Part shown: positions 1 through 9,906 of the stretch, piece after piece
Layout of the letters: every line of letters starts with the position of its first letter
How positions within the stretch are numbered: position 1 is the first letter of the stretch
From: a virus
Taxonomy: Duplodnaviria > Caudoviricetes
Virus record (IMG/VR): IMGVR_UViG_3300049045_000044
Location: 1-59,491 of that record
Reading direction: 5' to 3' (one strand)
DNA: 59,491 bases
Notes under the pieces: model-generated
Told to the model about the DNA's origin: nothing
Seen by the model: only the letters and a program-made list of their open reading frames with translations
Databases searched by the model: none
Made by a program: the position numbers and the translations under genes

Positions 1-1497
1 CCCCCTTCCCCCGGCAAGGGCCAACGTACCACCGGCCTTGTCCGCGCCCGCCCCATTAGACCCCTTGAAAGTTTGGGCAATGGGCGTAGCCAGGTCAGCC
101 CCCATTTGCAGGATTCCGGCCGCCAGGCCGCGTTTTAGCATGGTATCAATCGTGCCGGTCGCCCCGCTGGTGCTTGTCCAGGCCAGATACGTTCCATCAC
201 CCAATTTGACCGACACATCCGACGCACTATAGTGCATCCAGGCGGCCGTCCCTGCCGCAAAAGCCATGCTGTTGCTGCCTGTCCGGTAGATGCCCAGGTC
301 GGTGTCACTGGCAAAGGCTATGCCAGGTAGTGAAATTGTGCCGTCGGGAAACAGTTGGGCGGCCGTGAAAATGTTGCCTACACCCAGCAGGGCGGCCGTT
401 CCCGTCGCCGGCACAGTCAGGGTAAATCCACCCGTTGCCAATGTTCCGCCGCCAGTGAAGCCGCCATTGATCACCGCCAGCGTCCCCAGGCCGAGGGTGG
501 TTCGTTGCGCCGCTGCGTCGGCGTCATCTACCAGAGCGCGGCCAGCGGCCGTGAAATCGGCTAAGGCAGCGGTTCCACTGCCCGTAAAATAGGGCAACTT
601 GTCGGCAGCCGATGTTAGCCCAGCAATCGCCGCCAACTCCGCGTCAAATGCCTGCACATTGGTTCCTGGCACAAGTCCGAGGGTCGTTTGCACGGCCGCT
701 TGATTGGCGTCGTCAAGAATGGTTCTGGCAAAGGCGGATAGGTCATAGGTGGCGGCCGTCCCTGCCCCGGTGAAGTAAATCCCCTTATCGGCCGCACTGG
801 TTAGCCCCGCGATTGCCGTCAATTCATTATCGAGCGGCTGCGCCCCCGCCTGTACGGCCGTTACCGCATGAGGATTAGCGGTGTCACTCTCGTGCGCTGT
901 CAAATCAGCGTCAAGGGCGTAGGGCGAGGGAAAGAACTCAAGGGCTGTTTCGGCCGCGTTCACCCTTACCAGTTCTAGGGTTTGTCCAGCAAAGGCGGCC
1001 GGTGTGTCTGTCAGGGCAAGAAAGGTGGAAACACCGGCCGCCGCGTCCTCGTTTGTCCATTCATCGGCCGTATCATCCCAGGTCAATACCTGCCCATCGG
1101 TGGGGGTATCAACATTTACCGTGTCAAGAAAAGCGGCTTGTTCGGTTGTCACCCCCACTAATGCCTGAGCCGCTACCACCGTTGCCGATTGTAGGGGAAA
1201 AACAATCCAGGGGGATTCAACGGTGGCATCAAATTGGGTGTAGGTTGCCTTAAATTGCACCAGGAAACGGCCGGCCGTTCCTACATCACCCGCGCTATAC
1301 GTCCAGCTAAAAATGCCACTGGCGGCCGTGACAATCGCCAGGGCGCCGCTAATTGAGGACGTTTCACCCGTTGCCAGGTTCGTTTTTGTCCCGGTTAGCG
1401 TTGCCCCGGTCAGATTTTGCCCCGTCCAGGTTATTGTCTGGATGCTATTGCGTGCGCCCTGTACGGCCGGGAGGAGGGTTAAGGTTATTACCGCCAT
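1..1497 (-). CDS. Tail fibre protein, N-terminal part (runs off window start; not in ORF track)
   Basis: Hand translation from ATG at 1497 (MAVITLTLLPAVQGARNSIQTITW...) stays open to base 1; contains two P2 gpH-like fibre repeats and Gly/Thr/Ala-rich segments; lies downstream of baseplate genes. Confidence 0.85.
   Translation of the reverse strand, partial: MAVITLTLLPAVQGARNSIQTITWTGQNLTGATLTGTKTNLATGETSSISGALAIVTAASGIFSWTYSAGDVGTAGRFLVQFKATYTQFDATVESPWIVFPLQSATVVAAQALVGVTTEQAAFLDTVNVDTPTDGQVLTWDDTADEWTNEDAAAGVSTFLALTDTPAAFAGQTLELVRVNAAETALEFFPSPYALDADLTAHESDTANPHAVTAVQAGAQPLDNELTAIAGLTSAADKGIYFTGAGTAATYDLSAFARTILDDANQAAVQTTLGLVPGTNVQAFDAELAAIAGLTSAADKLPYFTGSGTAALADFTAAGRALVDDADAAAQRTTLGLGTLAVINGGFTGGGTLATGGFTLTVPATGTAALLGVGNIFTAAQLFPDGTISLPGIAFASDTDLGIYRTGSNSMAFAAGTAAWMHYSASDVSVKLGDGTYLAWTSTSGATGTIDTMLKRGLAAGILQMGADLATPIAQTFKGSNGAGADKAGGTLALAGGRG
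484..840 (-). repeat. Two tandem tail-fibre repeats (~60 aa each)
   Basis: QPLDNELTAIAGLTSAADKGIYFTGAGTAA...TTLGL and QAFDAELAAIAGLTSAADKLPYFTGSGTAA...TTLGL. Confidence 0.8.
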
Positions 1498-1507
1498 AAA
1501 ATCACCT

Positions 1508-4500
1508 TTAGGTCGTTGCTATCTTCCGAATCGTGCCGTTGCCGTTTATTTGTACCTCATTGGTGGCCGTCTGAAAACCGTATTCACCATGTCGAGGTAG
1601 GTCACTGGTCGTAAAGTCACTGGCTTTCGTCCCCTTGTATTTAGTATCCTGTAGGGTTTGCATAAAATTAACCATACCCTTAATCCATTCCGTATTGCGG
1701 ATTAGCACTTCAATAGCCGGGCTATCAATCAAGCTACCACCGTCTAAACTGCCCTTGATTATCTCCCGGCCGCCTTCATTGACGCTTACGTATACCGTGC
1801 GGATAATCTCATCAAACTGACGGCCGATATACACTGCGCTTACCCTGTCGCCAAAGTGCCAGGCCCGGCCGTAGGGTGTTTCCTCAGTATCTACGATCTG
1901 CCCGCTAAATCGCTCCCTCGGCCGCATCTCTGCCAGCAGCGCATTGCCCATCGCCGTGACGCCATTGGTAGTCGCTTCACTGCGGGCATCCTTAAAGCCC
2001 TCGCGCCGATTCCAGACACTGCGGGCTATCCGGGTGGTATCGCTTACCTCCACAATCAGGCGATCCGTTCCTTCGCCTTGCCCGCCCGCGTAAACGTAAT
2101 TGATTTCGTCGCTATGGTCAACTACTAGACGAGGCGAAATTAGATTCCCCCATTCCAGGCCAAACACGACCGGGTTATCGCCATCCGGCCAGGTTCTATC
2201 CTTACCCGGTTGCCCCGTCCACGTCCTGAATTGAAATTGCACCACGTCGTTTTCATCTATACCCGTCCAGATGACGGCAAAAAAGACCTCATTGCCGGCC
2301 GTGCGCGAGGCCAGGGCTATCTCTTGCATGACCTGTAACACACTGCGCCAGGAGAACGCCTTTTCAATCGTAGGGCCGTCGCTCAAGTTGCCCTGTACGG
2401 TCACGCCATTGGCCTGTATTTCCCGGTCGGCATCGGTAGCATCGGCCAGGTAGTTTGTTTCAAATAAATCCTTTAGACCATTATCGGCCGTTGTATTCAT
2501 GGCGGCGTTGGCCGTTCCAGCGGCATAGGCCACAATGCGCCGCCGCAGTAAATCATTTACATCCGGTCCCATTAGCTTGAGGCGGGTAATCCCGCTGTCA
2601 TCCGTACTGTATTCCCATTTACGCAAGAATCCAATCTGGTCAAGGGCCAATGAACCACTTCCTACCGGCCGGCGCCAGAATTGTACTTGCCTGTCTACGT
2701 CCAACATAGACTCCGGTATCGCATCACCGGCTATCATCACTGTAAACGCCCCCACACCATTGACGACAAGGCTGTATTCAAACCAGGCCGTGTCTAACAG
2801 GGCCAACCGCTGCCCCAGGTCGGTACACAACCAGACTTCATAGGCGGCCGTCTGCTCAACGGAAAGCAAGGCGGGCATGACTACAAAAACGGCCGTGATA
2901 GCGTGCGCCCCATCTATCGTTACCGTTGCCACTAAGCCATTGATAGAATCGAAGTCGCCCCCCCAGGCTTGCAGCATGGCTCCCGTCTCCGGCCCGGCCG
3001 TTAGGCTAACTTCCTCTCCTTCGTAAAACTCATAATCGGCCGTATCGTTGCGGACGCTAATCCCGGCCGGGCTACTCGTCACCGTTCCCGGCCCGGTCGC
3101 GGTGACTTCTAATAAATATTTCGGCGGTGGCAGGCGTAGGGTTATTAGGATACCGGCCACATCAAACGTGCCACCGGCCGCTTTCGTCGCCTTTGCCGGT
3201 GACGAATGGCCTACCAGAGATTGAATCTCTAATCTAGAGCCGCCATCGTCATACTCTTCAAAGAATCCGGTCTGCTCATTCATGGCGAAGTTGCCGGTGT
3301 TAGAGAAGGCGGCAATCATCAAGGCCACATTGGTCGAGGTAGTGGTGGCAATTTCCAAGTTGGTGACACCGATACCGGAGTTGGTAATGGACTCAATAAC
3401 CCCCAATGACCCGTTCGTGCCACCAGTATATATGTCTGGTATCTCGATAATGACAGCAACGATGGTGGTCTGAACCTGGCTGTTAAAGGTAATCGTGGGT
3501 GCACCCGCTGTTCCTGTGCCGATAAAGCGAAATACAGAAATGCGGTTCCGGTTGCTGGCAGGAAAGGTGATGGTGTCCTCTAGTGAGTAAGTAGCACTGT
3601 TGCCCGACGGCACGGGCTGCTCGGCCGTTGCTGCCACCCCCGCCCGATTAGCTACAACGAGCAGGTGATAGACATCGGCCGTCGGTGTATAGGAGTCCAG
3701 AGTCGTCGAAGCATCGCCATCCGTATCTATCTTGCTGACAACAATCTCTGGGTCAAGCGCTGCATACCACCAGGGCGCGGCATAATCGCCGCTCTCAAAT
3801 TCCGGCAGGATGAGGTTGGCTATCTTGGTTGCCCCCACGACCGAGGGGTGTAGGTCGTCGTCGAAGTCACTTTCCAGGTATTCCAGGCCGTCAGCCCGGC
3901 CGGGCGTCCCCCCCTCTACCTCGTCACTGCCTAAGCCGTTAGCCCAGGTGTAGGTGTTGGTTGTCCAACCGAGCCAGGGAACGGCCGCATAGTCCAGGTC
4001 GGGGTCGCCGGTAGTGGCGTGGTATACCTGGTCGAGTACCAGCTCTCTAATCGCTATCGCCTGAGCAAAGGCGTAAGGTTCAGGATTGCCGGATAAGGTG
4101 TAACCGCCATACTCCCGGCTAACTAAATAGACCTGCTTGCAGTTCGGATAACGCACCGCAATCTGGTCAACAATGACGGTTTTAAGTTTGGCCTTTACCT
4201 CGGCTATGTGATCGGCGATGCTTCCCGTTGGCCCGGCAATAGCGGTATACAGTAAAATAACCCCTACCTGCTCCGGTGTCAGCCCCTTGTCATCTAGCTT
4301 GTCATCTACCTCGGCATAGTACGTCGCCTCATTATCAATCATAAAATCGAGGTCGCGGTTGGTTTGGGCGGCATTGACGGTTACTACCGCATCCTGCTTA
4401 GATGACATCAGCGGCAGTAACTCAGTTAGTACCCGCCGGGCATTGGACATGCCTATCCCACACCAGCCAATTAAGCCATTGGCGGCCGGCGTTCCCGCTG

Positions 4501-4666
4501 CATTGCGCTTGACCACCGCCTCGCCCGCCGCTATCCCCTCTGTGTTATGTCCGGCCGGTACGCTGTTGCTAATATCGTAGAGACGGCCGTCATAATCTAT
4601 GCTCTCAATCGTGATTGGCCCGGCCGTGTCGGTAAGGGGGGTGAGATAGGAAATATAACTAGACAC
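1508..4666 (-). CDS. Tail/baseplate hub protein: N-terminal SGNH-like hydrolase, InlB-B-repeat-like domain, C-terminal siphovirus Gp37-like domain
   Basis: 1052 aa; GIGMSN...DDDLHPS (SGNH-like); VTATGPGTVTSSPAGI...WGGD (B-repeat-like); YAGGQGEGTDR...RREGFKDAR...YGRAWHFGDRV (ReqiPepy6 Gp37-like); follows the distal tail gene. Confidence 0.75.
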   Translation of the reverse strand: MSSYISYLTPLTDTAGPITIESIDYDGRLYDISNSVPAGHNTEGIAAGEAVVKRNAAGTPAANGLIGWCGIGMSNARRVLTELLPLMSSKQDAVVTVNAAQTNRDLDFMIDNEATYYAEVDDKLDDKGLTPEQVGVILLYTAIAGPTGSIADHIAEVKAKLKTVIVDQIAVRYPNCKQVYLVSREYGGYTLSGNPEPYAFAQAIAIRELVLDQVYHATTGDPDLDYAAVPWLGWTTNTYTWANGLGSDEVEGGTPGRADGLEYLESDFDDDLHPSVVGATKIANLILPEFESGDYAAPWWYAALDPEIVVSKIDTDGDASTTLDSYTPTADVYHLLVVANRAGVAATAEQPVPSGNSATYSLEDTITFPASNRNRISVFRFIGTGTAGAPTITFNSQVQTTIVAVIIEIPDIYTGGTNGSLGVIESITNSGIGVTNLEIATTTSTNVALMIAAFSNTGNFAMNEQTGFFEEYDDGGSRLEIQSLVGHSSPAKATKAAGGTFDVAGILITLRLPPPKYLLEVTATGPGTVTSSPAGISVRNDTADYEFYEGEEVSLTAGPETGAMLQAWGGDFDSINGLVATVTIDGAHAITAVFVVMPALLSVEQTAAYEVWLCTDLGQRLALLDTAWFEYSLVVNGVGAFTVMIAGDAIPESMLDVDRQVQFWRRPVGSGSLALDQIGFLRKWEYSTDDSGITRLKLMGPDVNDLLRRRIVAYAAGTANAAMNTTADNGLKDLFETNYLADATDADREIQANGVTVQGNLSDGPTIEKAFSWRSVLQVMQEIALASRTAGNEVFFAVIWTGIDENDVVQFQFRTWTGQPGKDRTWPDGDNPVVFGLEWGNLISPRLVVDHSDEINYVYAGGQGEGTDRLIVEVSDTTRIARSVWNRREGFKDARSEATTNGVTAMGNALLAEMRPRERFSGQIVDTEETPYGRAWHFGDRVSAVYIGRQFDEIIRTVYVSVNEGGREIIKGSLDGGSLIDSPAIEVLIRNTEWIKGMVNFMQTLQDTKYKGTKASDFTTSDLPRHGEYGFQTATNEVQINGNGTIRKIATT

Positions 4667-7042
4667 CTAATCCCCCCCCCAATAGGTGTTTTTATAGACG
4701 AGGAAAGCGGTCATGGTGGGGCTGCCGGCCGTTTCCACAAAGGCGGTTATGACCTGGCTATCCGGCAATAGAAGAAAATTAGCCAGGTCACTATTAGGCA
4801 AGATGCGCCAGCGTTTACCCCAAAAGCTAGAGGTCATGGCGCGTTTACCCGGCCGCAGGTCAATGGTAATTGTTTCCCCGTCTAATAGGTCATAGTCAAA
4901 CAGGAGACGTTTACCGGCCGTTTCATTTTGAATCGAAAGGAGTTTCGCGGACGTTCCCCCGCTGCGCTTGATTACAATGCGCGGGTAGCTATTCTCCGTC
5001 CCGGCCGGGGTGACAGTCGTATTACCGGCATAACTACCCGTGCCAGTCGTAAACAATCCTACATATAAATCATTACCATCGGCTACGACCGGCCCGCCCG
5101 TTACGCTGGTGGGTGGTTGAAAATCTAGGTGATACCAGCTTGACCCATTCCAGGCGGCAAGCTGGTCTATGGCCTTACCCCCGGCAATGGTGAACGGGCC
5201 GGCGACAATTAACTGTCCCCGCCAAAAGCCCATGTAATCTACCTGAGTACTGCTCTCGACCCCGCTGTCTAATGCCTCGAAGGTGACGCCGTTCCATTTT
5301 GCCACGCCGTTGACCGTCACCCCATCGGCCGTTGTAAATTCCCCGCCTATATAGAGCGTACCATCCTCGCTAAAGGCCAATGCCTTCACGCTGTCATTGC
5401 AACCACTACCGAGGGCGGTATAAGCAGAGCCATCCCACTTGGCAATACGGGCCGCGCTAACGCCGCCGATGGTGGTAAAGTCACCCCCTACGTACAAGTC
5501 GCCATTAGGGGCAATCGCCAGGCAACGCGCAATATCATCCGCACCAGAAGCACCGACGGCCGTCCATGCCGAACCATCCCACTTAGCGATATAATCAGCA
5601 GCGGCCACGCCAGCTAGATTGGTAAATGCGCCAGCAGCATACAATATACCGTCTTGCCCAACGACCAGGGCATAGAAGTTTGAAACGGTCGCACCGGCCC
5701 CCGGCGTGCCTAATGCGCTATAGACACTGCCATCCCATTTAGCGATATAATCAGCATCTGCTATACCACCCGCATTAGTAAACGCTCCGGCCAGATACAA
5801 ATCACCATTGGGCGCAATCGCCATTGTCCACACTACCCCATTCAAGGCCGATAGTGCGCTCCACGCCCCGCCGCTCCGCTTCACGATGTAATCGGCCGCG
5901 GCGATATTGTCAAAGTTGACAAAATCCCCGCTAACGTAAATTGACCTGTCTATCCCTACCACAATCGCCCGACAGTTGGTATATGTGCCGCTGGCATGGG
6001 GCGGGCCTAATGCACTCCATAGACCATTGACCCGGCCGGCGACAAGCCGAAAAGTGGCACTATCGTTTACATCAATAGCGGCCGACGTTTCCCCCTCCTG
6101 GTGAAAAAAGGGATCGTCATCGGCTATCAGTTGGATGGCGACTGTTTCGGCAAAGCCCCTCGGCCCGCTTAATCCCATGCCGCCATCGTAGCGGGCCTCG
6201 ATAACCTTTAATACCGTCGCCCCGATGTACCACAGTCTGACCGGCTGCTTGCGATTGATGGGAGACGGCTTAATCACGTTCACCACCGCTTGGCGCAGCG
6301 CGTGATAGTTACTCAGGCTGCTACCGCGCACGGTACTACGCAGGCGTAACGGCCGGGGCCGTGCCTTTGCCCCCTGTGGCGATTCGCCGTCTTGCAATCC
6401 GCGCCCCACTGTCAGGTTTTGCACCGGTGGAAAACCCACCCCGTCCATTGTTTCGACGCCAATACTCAAATCATCGGATAGGTCTAATACGCGCCCGCCC
6501 GCCCGCGTGAGGGCGTCCCGGCTGCTGCTGCTACCGTGTTTAGCCCCACTCCATTGGCAATCATCCTGATCGCCGTCGCAATAGCTTGTCCAGTATTCCT
6601 TTTCTTCTACCTGTATTCCATCCAGGTAGAAATTGCCACTACCGGCCCCGTTCTGGTGGATATAGAGGGTAGTTGCCCCGTTCGCTTGTGCGGCCGGAAA
6701 TTGCAGGCCGTATAACGACCAGTTACCGTCCAGGGGCAACAGCAGGGCGGGCGCGGTGTAGGTGGCGTTATCTAATGACCAATCCCACACGGCCGGTAAC
6801 GTCCCCCTGACTCGCACCGTGACATAATGAATGGCGTTAGCCAGGGTGTCCAGGGTGAGGGTTATGCCCTCATTGTTGGCGGCCGTCTGCACCTGGTAAC
6901 TGTATGACCCGTAGCGGCTGTAGGTGGTGACTCTCGTCACGGTAGCACTACCGGCCGCCGCAAAGTTGCCGGTTGTTTCGGCCGATGGATTCAAAACCTC
7001 ATTGGTGGTCGCTTCCGGCCGGATAATCTTCCAGTTGCCCAC
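4667..7042 (-). CDS. Distal tail (Dit-like) protein with N-terminal carbohydrate-binding-like domain and inserted beta-propeller
   Basis: 791 aa immediately after tape measure; repeated ADYIAKWDGS.W.ALG / GDLYVGG.FT blades; Dit-like N and C segments (DPFF; GTENSYPRI). Confidence 0.75.
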   Translation of the reverse strand: MGNWKIIRPEATTNEVLNPSAETTGNFAAAGSATVTRVTTYSRYGSYSYQVQTAANNEGITLTLDTLANAIHYVTVRVRGTLPAVWDWSLDNATYTAPALLLPLDGNWSLYGLQFPAAQANGATTLYIHQNGAGSGNFYLDGIQVEEKEYWTSYCDGDQDDCQWSGAKHGSSSSRDALTRAGGRVLDLSDDLSIGVETMDGVGFPPVQNLTVGRGLQDGESPQGAKARPRPLRLRSTVRGSSLSNYHALRQAVVNVIKPSPINRKQPVRLWYIGATVLKVIEARYDGGMGLSGPRGFAETVAIQLIADDDPFFHQEGETSAAIDVNDSATFRLVAGRVNGLWSALGPPHASGTYTNCRAIVVGIDRSIYVSGDFVNFDNIAAADYIVKRSGGAWSALSALNGVVWTMAIAPNGDLYLAGAFTNAGGIADADYIAKWDGSVYSALGTPGAGATVSNFYALVVGQDGILYAAGAFTNLAGVAAADYIAKWDGSAWTAVGASGADDIARCLAIAPNGDLYVGGDFTTIGGVSAARIAKWDGSAYTALGSGCNDSVKALAFSEDGTLYIGGEFTTADGVTVNGVAKWNGVTFEALDSGVESSTQVDYMGFWRGQLIVAGPFTIAGGKAIDQLAAWNGSSWYHLDFQPPTSVTGGPVVADGNDLYVGLFTTGTGSYAGNTTVTPAGTENSYPRIVIKRSGGTSAKLLSIQNETAGKRLLFDYDLLDGETITIDLRPGKRAMTSSFWGKRWRILPNSDLANFLLLPDSQVITAFVETAGSPTMTAFLVYKNTYWGGD

Positions 7043-7043
7043 G

Positions 7044-9431
7044 CTAACCCCCCACCAATGAACGCATCAGGTCAAAATCTTCTTTGGCCGTTGTATAAGT
7101 TCCGTAGTTGTTATTAGTCTGGTAAAAATTATTTATCGTAGTGCCGCCCCCGCCGCTGCCGAGTCCACCAAAGCCGCCGCCAAAGCCCGCGCCGCCCCCG
7201 TCCCCGGTGAAGTTGTTGCCGCCAAAGCCATTGCCACCGGGGGTGCTAAAACTAGGTAGGTTGACGTTGCCGATGGCCGTAGCCAAGTCTTCCAGCCAGC
7301 CTATCAGAGTTTGAATCGCCCCTACAACCCCGCCGATCTGGTCAGAAAAAGCCCCTATCCGGCCGATGATACTATCTAACACCGGCCCGATATTGTCTTG
7401 CAAAAACCCCCATACCACTTGTAGGGCGGGCAACAGAGTCTCTTCCCAAAAGTCAGCCAATATCGCCAACTCTGTTTTGAGGCCAAAAATCCATAGGTCT
7501 ATTAAGTCCCTAAAAATGGGGACGATGTTGTCTTGAATAAACTGCCATACTGCCTGGATGGCAGGTAATAAAACTTGATCCCAAAACGTCTTGAGGAGTC
7601 CTAATTCTAATTTCAGGGCGGCGATGTAGACATTTGTTAGAGCGTTAAACAAGGGGAAAATGTTAGCCTGGATAAAGCTCCATACTTCGTTGATAGCTGG
7701 AAGTAGTACATTGCGCCAGAAGTTACCCAGGTTGGTCAAGGCGGCCGTAATGGTGTCCTTTAGCCATATCCAAAGGGTGTTGAGGGTAGGAAAGAGGGTA
7801 TTGGTTAGCCAGCCCCATACGTTTTGAACGGCGGGCAATAGCACCGTTAGCCAGTAGTTTTTGAGCGTTTCCAGGGCGGCCGGGACATTTATCTGTAGCC
7901 ACTGCCACAACTGCTCTAGGGCCGGCCGTATCATCCCTTCCCATAGATCGGTGTAGAATGTCGCCAGCCCCAACCAGTCATTCTCCCATCCCGTCCTTAC
8001 CCAGGCGATAGCGGCCACAATTGCCAGGGCCGCCAGAATCACCGGGGCAAGCGAAGCTACCAAGCTGGCAATGGCCGGGATAATCACAATAGCTATGGCG
8101 ATTCCCAATGCTGCCAATACATCCTGCCACTTAACGAACTCACCCACCAAATCCAGAATGGGGGCGATAGCTGCCTGTACGTTGGCAATCAGCGCAGGAA
8201 TAGTGTCACGAAGGGTAATAACGGAATTGAATAGCTCGACCGCCCTATCCCGACTTACGCCAAAGATGGTTGCCAGTTCAAATACCAGATTGGCTAAATC
8301 ACCTATCGGGTCTTCCCCGCTTATGATTCCCTCAAAGAAGGCAGCGAAGACATTAGTAACCTCGATCATGATGGGGACAAGATTTGTTTCAAACCAGGCA
8401 AACGCCCCTTGCACCAGAGGCATAATGTTATTAACCAACCCCATCATAGCCGCGCCGATTGGTTCTATTGCCAGCGTGATTTGATTTTTGACAACCGTCC
8501 ACATTTCGCCAAAATCGGCCGTTTGTGCGGCCGTTTCCATGATCGCCCCCTCGCTGTCTTGCATCACCGCCAGCAAATCCTCGATGGCAAAACGACCCTC
8601 TAAAATAGCCGCCGCCATATCCGGCCCGGCCCGCGCCCCGAATACATCCATTGCGATAGCCAGGGCTTCGCTTTCATCGGCCGCCCCCATAATCGCTTCC
8701 ATTGTATTCTGCAACCCCTCCTGTAAGGGGATATTGGCGTTGGCGAATTGACCGGCCGCAATCCGCAAGCTGCCCATGACTAACTCTGCATTGACCCCCT
8801 CCTGCTCCCACTTGGCAAACAGGGCTATCGAGGTTTCCAGGTCGAAGCCCATCAAGCGCAAGGGAGAGCCAAACGCTACGACCTGCTGCATCAGGCTATC
8901 TAACCCCGCCCCGCTGTTCTGGCTGGCAATAAAGAAGGTATCTAATAAATCCGCCCCGTCCTCTACGCCGACCCCCCAATCACCCAGGACGCGGGTAAAT
9001 AGTTCGGTATTGGTTACGGCGTCACCCCCTAATAATCGGGTAGCCTCTAACAGGTTGGCGGCCATATCTTCCAGGGCCGGGCCGGTTGCATCTACGCGGG
9101 TATTCAGCGTGCCAATGACCTCGGCCGCCAAGCCTGCATCCGTTGGCACACTGCTAAAAACGGTAGCGAATGATTCTTCCAGTGCCGCCAGCTCCTCCCC
9201 CGTTGCCCCCGTTGCTACAACGATAGTATCCATTGCATCATCCACGGTTAAGCCAGCATTAAAAGCGGCCGTGCCGAGAGCAACTAGCCCTGCACCCAAA
9301 ATTGCCAGCCCCCCGGCCGCTACGCCCAAAGCGGCCGTCCCTAGCCCCTGAACAGAACTACCGATATTATCAAAAATACCGCTGGCCTCATCGGTTGCTT
9401 TGATGACGACTTCTACGACCTCATCAGCCAT
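7044..9431 (-). CDS. Tail tape measure protein
   Basis: MADEVVEVVIKATDEASG start; TP901-like core (EAL.IAMDVFGARAGPDMAAAI); Trp-periodic helical repeats; canonical position. Confidence 0.93.
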   Translation of the reverse strand: MADEVVEVVIKATDEASGIFDNIGSSVQGLGTAALGVAAGGLAILGAGLVALGTAAFNAGLTVDDAMDTIVVATGATGEELAALEESFATVFSSVPTDAGLAAEVIGTLNTRVDATGPALEDMAANLLEATRLLGGDAVTNTELFTRVLGDWGVGVEDGADLLDTFFIASQNSGAGLDSLMQQVVAFGSPLRLMGFDLETSIALFAKWEQEGVNAELVMGSLRIAAGQFANANIPLQEGLQNTMEAIMGAADESEALAIAMDVFGARAGPDMAAAILEGRFAIEDLLAVMQDSEGAIMETAAQTADFGEMWTVVKNQITLAIEPIGAAMMGLVNNIMPLVQGAFAWFETNLVPIMIEVTNVFAAFFEGIISGEDPIGDLANLVFELATIFGVSRDRAVELFNSVITLRDTIPALIANVQAAIAPILDLVGEFVKWQDVLAALGIAIAIVIIPAIASLVASLAPVILAALAIVAAIAWVRTGWENDWLGLATFYTDLWEGMIRPALEQLWQWLQINVPAALETLKNYWLTVLLPAVQNVWGWLTNTLFPTLNTLWIWLKDTITAALTNLGNFWRNVLLPAINEVWSFIQANIFPLFNALTNVYIAALKLELGLLKTFWDQVLLPAIQAVWQFIQDNIVPIFRDLIDLWIFGLKTELAILADFWEETLLPALQVVWGFLQDNIGPVLDSIIGRIGAFSDQIGGVVGAIQTLIGWLEDLATAIGNVNLPSFSTPGGNGFGGNNFTGDGGGAGFGGGFGGLGSGGGGTTINNFYQTNNNYGTYTTAKEDFDLMRSLVGG

Positions 9432-9887
9432 GATTACGCTTATCCTCAATGGCGCTGTTGACCTCGTTTTTGTAGGCCAGCCAGCGCAAAAACCATAACA
9501 ATGAACTACCCCCCGCTAACTTCCAGGGGGGCGTACCCCACTCCTCGGCCGCTACCAACGCGCTAACCCAGAACGGCAGCGGACTATTTGATACGCCAAA
9601 ATAGGCGCTTTCATAAATAGCCCGCCTTATATCTTTGGGGCCGCTATCTCCTGAATCTGGGTCATGATCTGCGGGGCCGCCTTTGCCACCTGCTCTAGGG
9701 TCATACTCTTGAGCATGATAAAAGCCTCATCAGGGGGTAGGTGAACACCCCTTCCGTTGACCACAAAATTAGACAGAAAGCGTAATTGGTTACGGGGTGA
9801 TTTAGGGTTGTCTTCCATGTCTACAAATATCCCCATCTCTAACTGTTCCAATCGCTCTCTCGTTACCAAAAATTCAATCTTTGCCAT
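9424..9887 (-). CDS. Tail assembly chaperone, frameshifted GT form
   Basis: -1 shift at C CCA AAG enters an open frame ...SALVAAEEWGTPPWKL...KRNHG* ending at 9424 and overlapping the TMP start. Confidence 0.8.
9627..9887 (-). CDS. Tail assembly chaperone (G form)
   Basis: 86 aa between tail tube and tape measure genes. Confidence 0.8.
   Translation of the reverse strand: MAKIEFLVTRERLEQLEMGIFVDMEDNPKSPRNQLRFLSNFVVNGRGVHLPPDEAFIMLKSMTLEQVAKAAPQIMTQIQEIAAPKI
9633..9639 (-). other. Programmed -1 frameshift slippery site CCCAAAG
   Basis: X XXY YYZ heptamer one codon before the G stop; analogous to lambda G/GT GGGAAAG. Confidence 0.8.
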
Positions 9888-9906
9888 TCAATCCTCCCAA
9901 TTATCA

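Noticed and set aside
38-1600. Short plus-strand ORFs in the track
   Set aside because: Antisense shadows of the tail-fibre gene, which the track missed because it lacks a stop inside the window
5280-5920. Repeated nucleotide segments (e.g. TTAGCGATATAATCAGCA) as a DNA repeat array
   Set aside because: They encode beta-propeller blade repeats within a continuous ORF
8071-9351. Plus-strand ORFs of up to 191 aa
   Set aside because: In-register shadows of the tape measure gene with Ser/Ala/Pro-biased composition and no RBS
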